Source: a virus (Duplodnaviria > Caudoviricetes). From it: DNA of 64,000 nt. This document shows, piece after piece, positions 52,001-60,135 of the stretch. Numbering within the stretch: the first letter of the stretch is position 1; every line of letters starts with the position of its first letter. The translations under genes and the position numbers were made by a program. Where the stretch lies: the IMG/VR virus record IMGVR_UViG_3300032236_001631, positions 10,800 through 74,799 of that record; one strand, 5' to 3'. A model generated the notes under the pieces. The model was not told the origin of the DNA. It ran no database searches and saw only the letters and a program-made list of their open reading frames with translations.

Positions 52001-52489
52001 TTTTAAGCCATTAGTACCAAAAAAATCAGCAGTAAGAACATTTCCTAGTTTATTTTTTATGCTTACTTTATTATTTTCTTCAAAATAAAACGTAAAAACA
52101 TCATTTTTACCAAAAATAGTACCAAGAGTATCCTTTAAAACAGTAGGATTATTAGGTAAAGAAGAATTTGAATTGTAAAAGGTTACTATATTACCAGATA
52201 AAGTAGCAATAGGAGATTCAATCTTTGTCAAATTATCTACTAATTTTGGATTTTTCTTATTTTTTAAAAAATATGAATTGTATATTATACTTGATAGAAA
52301 TGTTCCTGTTTTTCTATTAAAAGTAAAATCTATAGGATCAGATAATACATTATGTAAATAAAAATACATCCCATTATCAAGAAGCAAAGGTGTCTTTTTG
52401 ACATCAAATTGCTCCCCAACTACATTAAAATCTACTGGTTTCCAGTAGGTAGCAGATAAAATATTGTATATACTAAACGTAGCAGACAT
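49100..52489 (-). CDS. large virion protein with LamG/ConA-like domain and beta-propeller repeats
   Basis: LDGTN, TVSMWIN, WHHFSFVFD, YIDS, FIGNVSDLKMYSKSL; TAAATA 6 nt before ATG 52489. Confidence 0.75.
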   Translation of the reverse strand: MSATFSIYNILSATYWKPVDFNVVGEQFDVKKTPLLLDNGMYFYLHNVLSDPIDFTFNRKTGTFLSSIIYNSYFLKNKKNPKLVDNLTKIESPIATLSGNIVTFYNSNSSLPNNPTVLKDTLGTIFGKNDVFTFYFEENNKVSIKNKLGNVLTADFFGTNGLKFKSQIYPPTQTQLFDYFLGESSIILFKSNTNYTNIVIRNTDNIYVLSSVNLTNNNILPNDAIFNFISYKKNLIDFENDVSDSFMVKYKTNPIIYENILDVDYNFSNNNLLSQNYLGLFPVENPNITDVDCVYDLQVHGLKNYQTPEYKYTTANPLTGISSSIRRLYNKIYTGTNQLNGYDKVYLGYSADTKEYNFKVNQETPFYYPSTCKRVTLQNSGLIEDGATAGELPFTSDRIYIYRKNYEETIPGQPQPKSITKYDNVWLCSWLSGSNLGHKIWLDRYYNAAYYTLDQALTAKAVVYNPALYADKPFTYDVPSTIILEPGVLYKYNRTGQESSKQFLSYLDQDKNLPNGAKLLSITNWSSAVLVDDSKYHNNGLTFFNISENLNGNYWKLDGTNHAVFPSKSSLLQKSRLTVSMWINVNDWSNIYGDQVFGNYYDSGFGLVNEGALSAPILTITNVGSAVAYNINYKFTKLSEIPLPANKNSEYTFIQRLPDYSYWVFDSKNKTGVKYNAINNIIGGLSSLNTKLSGIDQIEIDAYQNFYFYDNTIKSYIKTDGNGNFIEQNYFSLTSGFNRIEIDNQTNDVIGIYGNASVIDNYNNIWEVVGGNLYKNRQVFANIGPTQQLTCDSKNNIWISHNQDTISKLNTITGLFEFSFRIGRNSSAELNPCKSQERFRYIDFVKVPKGNTETCDKSVVYQDNLIIVDVRDNEIYVLDQTGNFLSKLDIRGLLSNPKILLNFYAKGDFTGYQYLRKFGGNVKRLSWKFKISEPNGKNSKLLSLNYAVSSLPKGWHHFSFVFDSLKGNAKYYIDSIPVDSVSFTPFKYQLYYDYRSSLLLGAATVKNTTLNDIIGIDDSYKFIGNVSDLKMYSKSLTNGEIEQIYFSSDFTDSRKDLNWNMRVGSRNFIEEIEHWYKMQMPGSKSKYFNINIHNLNIDENIKKILEESLKSSISKIIPAESSLYKIKWM

Positions 52490-52541
52490 TAACAATATTT
52501 ATGGATAATACCTCATTTATCTTGTAGTATTTGATTAAAAA

Positions 52542-53033
52542 TCAATTAAAAAGTAAAAATCCATTTATACTTGGTTTTTGATAAGGAATAAATCCACTCC
52601 AAGAACTAATAGAATATGAATAGCTATCTCTAGATAACAAACCATATCCAGCTTCGTTTTCTATTATTATATCAATATATGTACTATATCCTTCTTTTTG
52701 AAGAATATAATTAAAAAATTCATTAGGTATATTAAAAATAATTTTAGTATCACCTATTAATGTAAATTCAGGAACTGCATAGGCAGTAAAACCGGGATTA
52801 TTTTCTGATAAGTTAGGAAATGAAGAGAATGGATTGAAATAACTATAACTAAGTCCATTATATAATTCTATATCAGCTGCACTTAAATATAAATTTCTTG
52901 GTAATAAAAAACTTTTACCAAGAAGATTAACAGTTTTAGACTGTGATGATGAAAGTGGTAAAGACAAAACATAAAGACTATAAGGCTTTATATCAGTAGC
53001 ACTAGGTTTTGCGTAAAAAGAGACTTTTTCCAT
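52542..53033 (-). CDS. hypothetical virion protein (Ig-like)
   Basis: IDIIIENEAGYG; follows gp15. Confidence 0.6.
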   Translation of the reverse strand: MEKVSFYAKPSATDIKPYSLYVLSLPLSSSQSKTVNLLGKSFLLPRNLYLSAADIELYNGLSYSYFNPFSSFPNLSENNPGFTAYAVPEFTLIGDTKIIFNIPNEFFNYILQKEGYSTYIDIIIENEAGYGLLSRDSYSYSISSWSGFIPYQKPSINGFLLFN

Positions 53034-53036
53034 ATT

Positions 53037-53732
53037 TTAGAGTTCGGTTAATATAATAGAATCTTGTTGTGGATTAGTAGAATCAAAAAAGTCTGCATTA
53101 ATTGTATAAATTTTCTTAACAACCTGATCTGTTTTCTTAAACAACCAACCTTTAATTGTAAAAGATGTATCAGCAGATACTCTATATGGCTGTGTTGGTC
53201 CTATATCTGTTGGATAATTAAGATTTATCTGTCCACTCCATAGAACTTCTGATCTTATTTCATAATTCTTTGCAAATGGAAGCTTCCATGAAATAATAAT
53301 ATATGGATCACAATAAGGAGTAAAATTAGTAATAATCTGATCCATATCAGATTGATACTTTGTAACAATTGTCATGTTAACTCCAATATTAACAGGAACT
53401 GGTTGTGGAATACTCTTTAAGTAATCACCATTATCAAGATCTATATTAGGAACAGTGAATCCATCTAACTTATTAAATACTCTAGCATTGTCTCTAGAAA
53501 CACTTGCTATGGTTACAGCAACAGCAGGTACAGTTAAACCACCGGGAGATGGTGTATTGAGAGTATCATATACTCTTTGCTTTGGAGCATAAACAAAACT
53601 AACCTTATGACCACTTGTAGGAGATATTAATGTTTTGTTATTATCATATCTTTTAATAATAATATCATTAAATGCTGCTACAAATTGTTCTAAAAGAGTC
53701 TGTACCTCAAAAGAAAATGTATAATTTTTCAT
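53037..53732 (-). CDS. gp15: tail sheath stabiliser / tail completion protein (T4 gp15-like)
   Basis: FNDIIIKR, YAPKQ, PVPVNI, DMDQII..FTPY, FTIKGWLF. Confidence 0.9.
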   Translation of the reverse strand: MKNYTFSFEVQTLLEQFVAAFNDIIIKRYDNNKTLISPTSGHKVSFVYAPKQRVYDTLNTPSPGGLTVPAVAVTIASVSRDNARVFNKLDGFTVPNIDLDNGDYLKSIPQPVPVNIGVNMTIVTKYQSDMDQIITNFTPYCDPYIIISWKLPFAKNYEIRSEVLWSGQINLNYPTDIGPTQPYRVSADTSFTIKGWLFKKTDQVVKKIYTINADFFDSTNPQQDSIILTEL

Positions 53733-53745
53733 TGTATTATAATAC

Positions 53746-54312
53746 TTATAATAGTATTTTATCTTTCTTTTTCCAATTATCCTTTGCCCAAAGAGGTTGG
53801 AGATTCGTATAATGAAAACATTTCTTTTGCTGATTAGGATCAGTCAAATCAAAAGAAGCACATGGGATTATATGATCTATGTGCCAACCATATAATCCAT
53901 AATTTTCCCAGTTCATACCATCTTTAAATTGAGATTCTATATGTTTTTTTAAAAAAATTACAGAGCATCCTATTAAATCTAAACATTTTTCAGATTTATT
54001 GATTTTAATAATTTCATAAAATCTTGATCTTATTTTTTTCTTTAACATGAATTCTATATCATTTGAATACTTAAAATTTACATATTTCTTTCGTTTTTCT
54101 TTATTTTTTTGAAAATATTGACTTTGTTGTATTTTTATATTTTTTTTATTTTTTTCTCTGTAACTTTTAATATAATTTGATATTTTTTCTTTATTTTTTT
54201 CTCTATATTCTTTTCTTTTATTTTTTAATATTTCCAAATTTTTTTTAGAATATCTTTTATTATAGACTTTCATATAAGCCTTTCTTTTTTCTATAGAATT
54301 TAAATTCTTCAC
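53746..54312 (-). CDS. HNH / endonuclease VII-like free-standing nuclease
   Basis: Lys-rich N-terminus; LIGCS..GMNWENYG..WHIDHIIPCASF..CFHYTNLQPLWAKDN. Confidence 0.82.
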   Translation of the reverse strand: MKNLNSIEKRKAYMKVYNKRYSKKNLEILKNKRKEYREKNKEKISNYIKSYREKNKKNIKIQQSQYFQKNKEKRKKYVNFKYSNDIEFMLKKKIRSRFYEIIKINKSEKCLDLIGCSVIFLKKHIESQFKDGMNWENYGLYGWHIDHIIPCASFDLTDPNQQKKCFHYTNLQPLWAKDNWKKKDKILL

Positions 54313-54326
54313 TTTTAATATTTACT

Positions 54327-56000
54327 TCATACAAGTCGTTCTAAGAAGTGTTTAGGCAAATATCTTTTATTATCTAGAATAGATGTAACTGCATTACCAT
54401 CTAATATATAGGTAACAGAGTGATCTTCGGCTGATCTAGTACATCTACCACACATCTGAACCAGATTATCTAACATTTTCATGATATAATACTTTTTATT
54501 CTTATCGTATATCTTTTTAATTCTCTTTGAATTTAGAGGAAGGAAAGGAGCCTTTAAAATAATCTGAAATCTCCCTAAGTCTCCATCTAAACTAATTCCT
54601 GTGTCCAAGGAAGGACTTACGAGAATGGTATCATCATTAATTCTGTCCCTATGTTCAGAGATAATTTGCTCATTGGTAGTTCCAATATCCCTGAACAAGA
54701 ACCTACTATTGTTTCCTACTCTATTTCTCAAAGCTTGAGTTATTTGATTGGTATGGGTATGGATAATCCCCTTTTCTCCTTTGTGATTATCACAAATCTG
54801 AATAGCAGAATCTATGATATGAGGAAGATCTTTATTATTAGTCTTATATGAAAGGCTATATTTTCTTGTAGACTTAATAGGAGACATTTTAGGATCAAAA
54901 CCAGAAGGAATCTCTATATACTCATATTCATTTTCGGTAATACCTAGACTCTTGGCAAATTCCTGTGGATTTGTAATGGTAGCAGACATCATAAGAATCA
55001 TATCCGCACCATTAAATATCTTTCTAGCCAAAGGTTTAATGTCATAAGGAACAAATGTGATTTTTTCTGAATCTCTATTTTCTACCAAGTATTCACATTC
55101 ATCCCATACGCTGATGACTTCTTCAATGGAACTCACCAATCCATTTAATTTACCAAGTCTTTGTATTTCCTTTGCTTTAATAGCTGTAGAAGAGTCATTC
55201 TTAGCCATATTGGATATTCTGGTCTTAAGACTATCAAGTTCATTCTTGGTTTTGATATAAACATCCTGAAGCCATTTGAATGCAGTATCACTATCATCGC
55301 TGTAGAGCTTGTTATAATCAATACCTTCAGACGCAAGCTGTGAATAATTGATTGTAATGGAATACTGTCCCACTAATCCAGCCTCTAAATCACTTGCTTC
55401 GTCACAAATATAAATTTCTCTTCTTCTTAAAAAGGCAGGTAAAGAAATAAATGCCCTATAATTTAAAATAGGATCAATAGACATGAATGCCTCATTCCTT
55501 GCAATATAATAAGGACATCTATTAGCCGCAAAACACTTTTCTTTAATCTTGGGAGAATGTAAACAAGGAGCAAAATCTACTGTTACATTAGGATCTATAT
55601 CACAATTATAATTATTCTTTCCCTTTGCTATAACCAAATCAGGAAAAAGTTCTTTGTATTGATCCTGAAGAGATTTAGTTACAGTTAAAATATAACTTCC
55701 AAAAGAATCACCAGAAAGAAAATCATCTTCATATTTGTATGCACCATCACGATCTTTATCATAAACAGCATATGTGCTTATAATCTGTTTTTTACGCTCA
55801 CAAATAGGACTTGCTGACCTTGCAACAGCGGCGGCAATATGAGACTTACCTGATCCTGTAGGAAGACAAGCAATTACAAACTTTTTACCGCTAGAGAATA
55901 CTCTAGCTATCTTTTCAAGAGCTTGTTTTTGTTGAGGTCGTGCCTCTGAATCAGATGGGAAGGTCTCTAGGTAATCAACCAATGGTAATGTTTTCAGCAT
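54327..56000 (-). CDS. DinG/XPD-family SF2 helicase with Fe-S cluster
   Basis: RPQQ Q-motif, LPTGSGKS, KGKNNYNC plus 3 further Cys, DEAS, MSAT, KAPF, QMCGRCTRSAED. Confidence 0.88.
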   Translation of the reverse strand: MLKTLPLVDYLETFPSDSEARPQQKQALEKIARVFSSGKKFVIACLPTGSGKSHIAAAVARSASPICERKKQIISTYAVYDKDRDGAYKYEDDFLSGDSFGSYILTVTKSLQDQYKELFPDLVIAKGKNNYNCDIDPNVTVDFAPCLHSPKIKEKCFAANRCPYYIARNEAFMSIDPILNYRAFISLPAFLRRREIYICDEASDLEAGLVGQYSITINYSQLASEGIDYNKLYSDDSDTAFKWLQDVYIKTKNELDSLKTRISNMAKNDSSTAIKAKEIQRLGKLNGLVSSIEEVISVWDECEYLVENRDSEKITFVPYDIKPLARKIFNGADMILMMSATITNPQEFAKSLGITENEYEYIEIPSGFDPKMSPIKSTRKYSLSYKTNNKDLPHIIDSAIQICDNHKGEKGIIHTHTNQITQALRNRVGNNSRFLFRDIGTTNEQIISEHRDRINDDTILVSPSLDTGISLDGDLGRFQIILKAPFLPLNSKRIKKIYDKNKKYYIMKMLDNLVQMCGRCTRSAEDHSVTYILDGNAVTSILDNKRYLPKHFLERLV

Positions 56001-56232
56001 GTCTAATTATATCATGGTTTATCACCTTTCGTACACAAGAACATACAGAATATCCAAATGTTTGTGTATCTCTACCTGTATGTCCTCTTCCGTGGCATTT
56101 AGGACAATTAGAGGAAGGCTTTTTGATTAAAGGAAGCTGACCTACATCCATTAAGGGAAAATCTTTTTCTGGAATATCATAAAAATTTCCAGAAAAAACA
56201 CTATACATTAACATTTTATTTGAGTTTTGCAT
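55975..56232 (-). CDS. small zinc-finger protein
   Basis: CPKCHGRG...CSC. Confidence 0.7.
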   Translation of the reverse strand: MQNSNKMLMYSVFSGNFYDIPEKDFPLMDVGQLPLIKKPSSNCPKCHGRGHTGRDTQTFGYSVCSCVRKVINHDIIRHAENITIG

Positions 56233-56575
56233 CTATTGTCAAGATTGTATTCCAAAATTTGTTTGAGGTTTTCTTTGATGAATATACTTTGAGGTAATTT
56301 TCTACTTCAGGAGCATGTTTGGCAAGCGTTTTCAATCTATAATCGAAATATACCAAGTTATCTTCTTCATGTATTTCTACCTCAAAAGGAATGGGTATTT
56401 CTATCTTTTCTTTTTTCTTTTTAACAGTATCCATAATAAAAGTCAAGTAAAAATTCTTTTGATAAAAAAGAATCAATTTTCCCTGCTTATGAACTTTGTT
56501 ATTAAGTTCCAGAGTCATAGTTTTTTGCAGCAAAAACTTACAAGCTTCTTCAATTGGAGTTTTGGTAATATTCAT
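56216..56575 (-). CDS. hypothetical protein
   Basis: 119 aa ORF with ATGA-type overlaps. Confidence 0.7.
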   Translation of the reverse strand: MNITKTPIEEACKFLLQKTMTLELNNKVHKQGKLILFYQKNFYLTFIMDTVKKKKEKIEIPIPFEVEIHEEDNLVYFDYRLKTLAKHAPEVENYLKVYSSKKTSNKFWNTILTIDAKLK

Positions 56576-56955
56576 CTATCTACAAATGCAGCTTTTTGTG
56601 CTGCTGACATTTTACCAATAACTTTGTTAAAATATTCCCAAAATTTATCAGGAGGTCTACTAGGAACCGTTGCTATAACATCACAATTAGTAACAGGAAT
56701 GTTTCTCCAATCTTGGAATAGTAAATCCCAAACAGTTAATAGTCCTTTTGATTTAGCATCATAGGCAGGACTTCTCATCGGTGGTTTAAAATTTAAAATT
56801 TCCATTCCTTCTTTTGAATTTAATAATTGTCCATCTAAAGTAGCTAACATTCTTCGGGAAGGAGGTCTACCTATAAATTGTAGTCTTCTAGTAAACTTTA
56901 TTTCAACCAAGTTTACCTGACATAAATTATAGAGACCATCCCAAGATAATTTCAC
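56572..56955 (-). CDS. SH3/Sm-like (WYL_2-like) protein
   Basis: VEIKFTRR..RRMLATL..VWDL..QDWRNI. Confidence 0.6.
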   Translation of the reverse strand: MKLSWDGLYNLCQVNLVEIKFTRRLQFIGRPPSRRMLATLDGQLLNSKEGMEILNFKPPMRSPAYDAKSKGLLTVWDLLFQDWRNIPVTNCDVIATVPSRPPDKFWEYFNKVIGKMSAAQKAAFVDR

Positions 56956-57369
56956 TTACTTTTTCTTAGACTTCTTAGCAGTATCTTCGGTAATTTTTGT
57001 TTTGCAAATACCAAAAATTCTTGCTTCATTCAAGAAGACAATATGTTTCAATCCATTAAGATTTGAAACTTGTATTCCTCTGTCATTAGGGAATACTATA
57101 TGATCTCCTTCCTTAACTGTTTTACAATTTGGTCCAGCTAAAAGCACTCTACCGATTCTCCATACATGATTTACAGCATTAATAGGAACCCACATGCTTC
57201 CACGCTTTACCATATCACCATCTTCGTTGATATCAACGAACTGAACCATTAAAATATCATCTAATACTGATGTCAGTTCCCATCCATCTAACTCAAAGTT
57301 GCTTCCTTTATAGTCATCAATCTGCACTAATCCACCAATTCTATCTTCTAATTCGGGTCTTTGTATCAT
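56956..57369 (-). CDS. GroES-like co-chaperonin (functional analogue of T4 gp31)
   Basis: DDILMV, GRVLLAGPNCKTVKEGDHIVF, FLNEARIFGI. Confidence 0.8.
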   Translation of the reverse strand: MIQRPELEDRIGGLVQIDDYKGSNFELDGWELTSVLDDILMVQFVDINEDGDMVKRGSMWVPINAVNHVWRIGRVLLAGPNCKTVKEGDHIVFPNDRGIQVSNLNGLKHIVFLNEARIFGICKTKITEDTAKKSKKK

Positions 57370-57374
57370 ATGTT

Positions 57375-57767
57375 TTATTTAACAGTCTTTTTAATTTCTG
57401 CAAGTGTTTTTTCGTATATTTCTATTTCTCTAATAGAGAGTTGCATATTTTGTGCAATATTTGAAGAGTCTTCGTGATCTTTTTCCTTAAATGCTTTTTT
57501 AATATAGTTAATTTTACCTGTAAACTTAGGTAAAATTACTCTAAAGAATTTTCCCATCATAACACCATCGGTTGCAATGCCATTTTCTACTATCCATTTA
57601 TTTGTAGTAGCATTTACTATTTGTGCTATTAAAGGATCTGCCATAGAAAGCCATCTATTGACTAAAAAAGGATAAGGAATACTCTGTTCAGAAGGTTCTG
57701 CTCCTCTTTTTTTTAGTATCCAATCAAGATACCCAAAAAGATCGTTATTAAATGACTTCTTTACCAT
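57375..57767 (-). CDS. gp62: clamp loader small subunit (T4 gp62-like)
   Basis: LFGYLDWI, YPFLVNRWLSM, PK..INYIKK, IAQNMQLSIRE. Confidence 0.75.
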   Translation of the reverse strand: MVKKSFNNDLFGYLDWILKKRGAEPSEQSIPYPFLVNRWLSMADPLIAQIVNATTNKWIVENGIATDGVMMGKFFRVILPKFTGKINYIKKAFKEKDHEDSSNIAQNMQLSIREIEIYEKTLAEIKKTVK

Positions 57768-58438
57768 TAATTTGTTAATTTAGAATACTTGTTTTTGAAT
57801 ATAACTTGGCTTTTATTCCATTCAGGTGACATCATACTGTCTCCCAAACCAAAATGTACAACTCTGATTGGATATACACCTATCTTAAGCTTATTTCTAT
57901 TAGCAATCAAGCAGAATGATATATCATAATGATGAAAATCAAAATCTTCATCAAAACGAGTGTTGGTATCAAGTAATTTACCAACATTAACAGCAATAAA
58001 AAGACCATCAATCATCAATGCTCTTGATGGAGTTTGTCCAAAAACTGTTGTCCAGTTTATTCCATCCTTGCTATGAGCTACCTCACCTACATAACTCTCT
58101 TTAGGAGCCATTAAATGCCATGCCATCATAGGTGCATTTAGATCGCATTGCTTTGCTCCAGCTAATCCAACAACATCAAACTTCTCAAAAGCCAGATTAA
58201 GCTTGTCTATAAGGAACAAATCTTCTATGAGTACATCATCATGTACAAAAATTAACTTTTTGCCTCTGTATTCTTCGGTTATATATCTGTTATAAATCTT
58301 TGTTAAACCTTCTTTATTGTCATAAAGAACCTCAGCAACTATTCCTAATTTGTCTAAAGTAATTGCTATGGCACTTTTTTCTGCAAATTCTTGTCTAGAA
58401 TGTGGTGTTGCAATAATAAATTTATATTCTTCATTCAT
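57767..58438 (-). CDS. GT-A fold glycosyltransferase (GT2-like)
   Basis: GLTKIYN, FVHDDV, DVVGLAG, IDGLFIAV, FDEDFDFHHYDISFC, HFGLG. Confidence 0.85.
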   Translation of the reverse strand: MNEEYKFIIATPHSRQEFAEKSAIAITLDKLGIVAEVLYDNKEGLTKIYNRYITEEYRGKKLIFVHDDVLIEDLFLIDKLNLAFEKFDVVGLAGAKQCDLNAPMMAWHLMAPKESYVGEVAHSKDGINWTTVFGQTPSRALMIDGLFIAVNVGKLLDTNTRFDEDFDFHHYDISFCLIANRNKLKIGVYPIRVVHFGLGDSMMSPEWNKSQVIFKNKYSKLTN

Positions 58439-58487
58439 ATTTTATATAATTTAAACTATTTTGGAGTAAATATAAGTATATTATCGC

Positions 58488-59141
58488 ATGGCTAAGAAGA
58501 AAATCAAGTTAAAAAGCCCTAAAACAACTATTCCTCCTGTATGCAAAAAGGCAAAGAAGGAGATAAGTAGAATTTTAGTAAGTAATATATTACCAATTCC
58601 TAATCCACATATGAAAGAATCCATCGAATCTATAATCAAGAAGCAAAATCTAACTGAAGCGGATCTTCCCTTCGTTCGTAGTTTTTATTCTCATCTCTTA
58701 AAAGAAGCTGATGAGGAAGTTGCTGATATTCCATCTGAAAATATTGCTGATGAAGAACAAAAGGCTCCTAAAGACTTTACTCCTGATGCTACAAAAGCAG
58801 ATTTCGATAAATCATTAGAACCAGAAACAGACAAAGAAAACTTTGATATAGAAGGTCTTGATCCTAACATTTCAACAGAAAGTATCAAGAAGATCAAGGA
58901 TTGGTCTGGTAAGCTCAATGAATTCGCTGAATTCTTAAATGATCCTTCAACCGAATCACTTCACAAAATCCTTGCTGATAACGACAAGGCAGGAAGTTTA
59001 CTCCGTGGTGTAACTCGTAAGGCTTCTGATTCTATCACTCGTATCGCTGGTGAAATTGAGAAACTTAAAGAAGTTCTTAATTCATTCATTATCATGGCTC
59101 CAAAAAAGCTACGAGATTCTGAAAACCTAAAGAGTGCTTAA
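58488..59141 (+). CDS. hypothetical late protein (candidate internal head protein)
   Basis: TAAGTA upstream; acidic, with LxE motifs. Confidence 0.65.
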   Translation: MAKKKIKLKSPKTTIPPVCKKAKKEISRILVSNILPIPNPHMKESIESIIKKQNLTEADLPFVRSFYSHLLKEADEEVADIPSENIADEEQKAPKDFTPDATKADFDKSLEPETDKENFDIEGLDPNISTESIKKIKDWSGKLNEFAEFLNDPSTESLHKILADNDKAGSLLRGVTRKASDSITRIAGEIEKLKEVLNSFIIMAPKKLRDSENLKSA

Positions 59142-60094
59142 TATAAATTTTCTATAATAATATTATAGTCAATTTCATTAAGATTTTCTGCCACAGCCCA
59201 TTCATTAAAGTCTTTATATGGCTTGTCTAGCCATCTAAATACCTTCTCTCCTTCGATAGTTATTTTTTTGGTATTATCACTAGCTGCTTTATCCATTTTA
59301 GGATTATCCAAAACCCATATCTTTTGATGAAAAGGGAATTGTGCGAGTTGTCTTTTTTGAGATTCGGTTAACGTAAGCCCTGCTACAGCAACACCATTCT
59401 TTACCATCATTGCATCAATTGGTCCTTCAAATAAGAATATATAATCTAGGTTAGGATCTATTCGCTCAATACCAAATAGAGTCTTATCACATCCTACCTT
59501 ATTTAGATAACGAGGTTCAGTACCATCCAAGGAACGAGTCTGATAAAAAACTATCTTCTTATCCGTATCATAGTAAGGAATACAAAGTCTATTACTATGA
59601 AAATTATCAGTTAAGCTTATATAATAAGCTGGATTTCGATTTACTGCCGTATTTAACTTTCTTCTTTCAATATATCCCAATGCTGCTTTAACATATACAT
59701 TAGATCCATAATATGATCTCTGCTGTAATTCATTTAAATTGATAGAATCATGAGGAAGAAGCATTGATTGACGATTGAACGTCTTCTTTTTGTTTATCTC
59801 TTGTGAGATATCACGAGAAGAATCACCAGAACGTACTTCTGCATGGATTTCTTCTTTGGTCATTCCTGTTACAGCATACAACCATGTATATGAATTCCAT
59901 GATTTAGTACAATTAAAACAATAAAAGCTATTGGTAGTAGGATAAAAGAATAATCTCTTCTTCTTTAACCAGCTTTTTCCTTCCCTACAGACAGGACAAG
60001 ATCCACAATATACCTTTGTAAACTTATTATAAGAAGGAGCACCTGCATAAGTGTAAAACTTCTCTAAAAGATAGTTTGAAGGTATCTGATTCAC
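59138..60094 (-). CDS. gp61: DNA primase (T4 gp61-like)
   Basis: CPVC..CFNC zinc finger, RLCIPYYD, YQTRSL, Toprim FEGPIDA, DN.D, KDFNE. Confidence 0.93.
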   Translation of the reverse strand: MNQIPSNYLLEKFYTYAGAPSYNKFTKVYCGSCPVCREGKSWLKKKRLFFYPTTNSFYCFNCTKSWNSYTWLYAVTGMTKEEIHAEVRSGDSSRDISQEINKKKTFNRQSMLLPHDSINLNELQQRSYYGSNVYVKAALGYIERRKLNTAVNRNPAYYISLTDNFHSNRLCIPYYDTDKKIVFYQTRSLDGTEPRYLNKVGCDKTLFGIERIDPNLDYIFLFEGPIDAMMVKNGVAVAGLTLTESQKRQLAQFPFHQKIWVLDNPKMDKAASDNTKKITIEGEKVFRWLDKPYKDFNEWAVAENLNEIDYNIIIENLY

Positions 60095-60100
60095 TAAACC

Positions 60101-60128
60101 AGTATACTAAAAACTACTGAAATGTCAA
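60101..60128 (-). promoter_or_regulatory. sigma70-like promoter TTGACA-N16-TATACT, 6 nt before GTG 60094
   Basis: Read from sequence. Confidence 0.75.
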
Positions 60129-60135
60129 AGATTTT

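Noticed and set aside
26939-60094. Introns or inteins in core genes
   Set aside because: Portal, capsid, gp44, helicase and primase are of expected size and uninterrupted; no intein C/S...HN boundaries were recognised.
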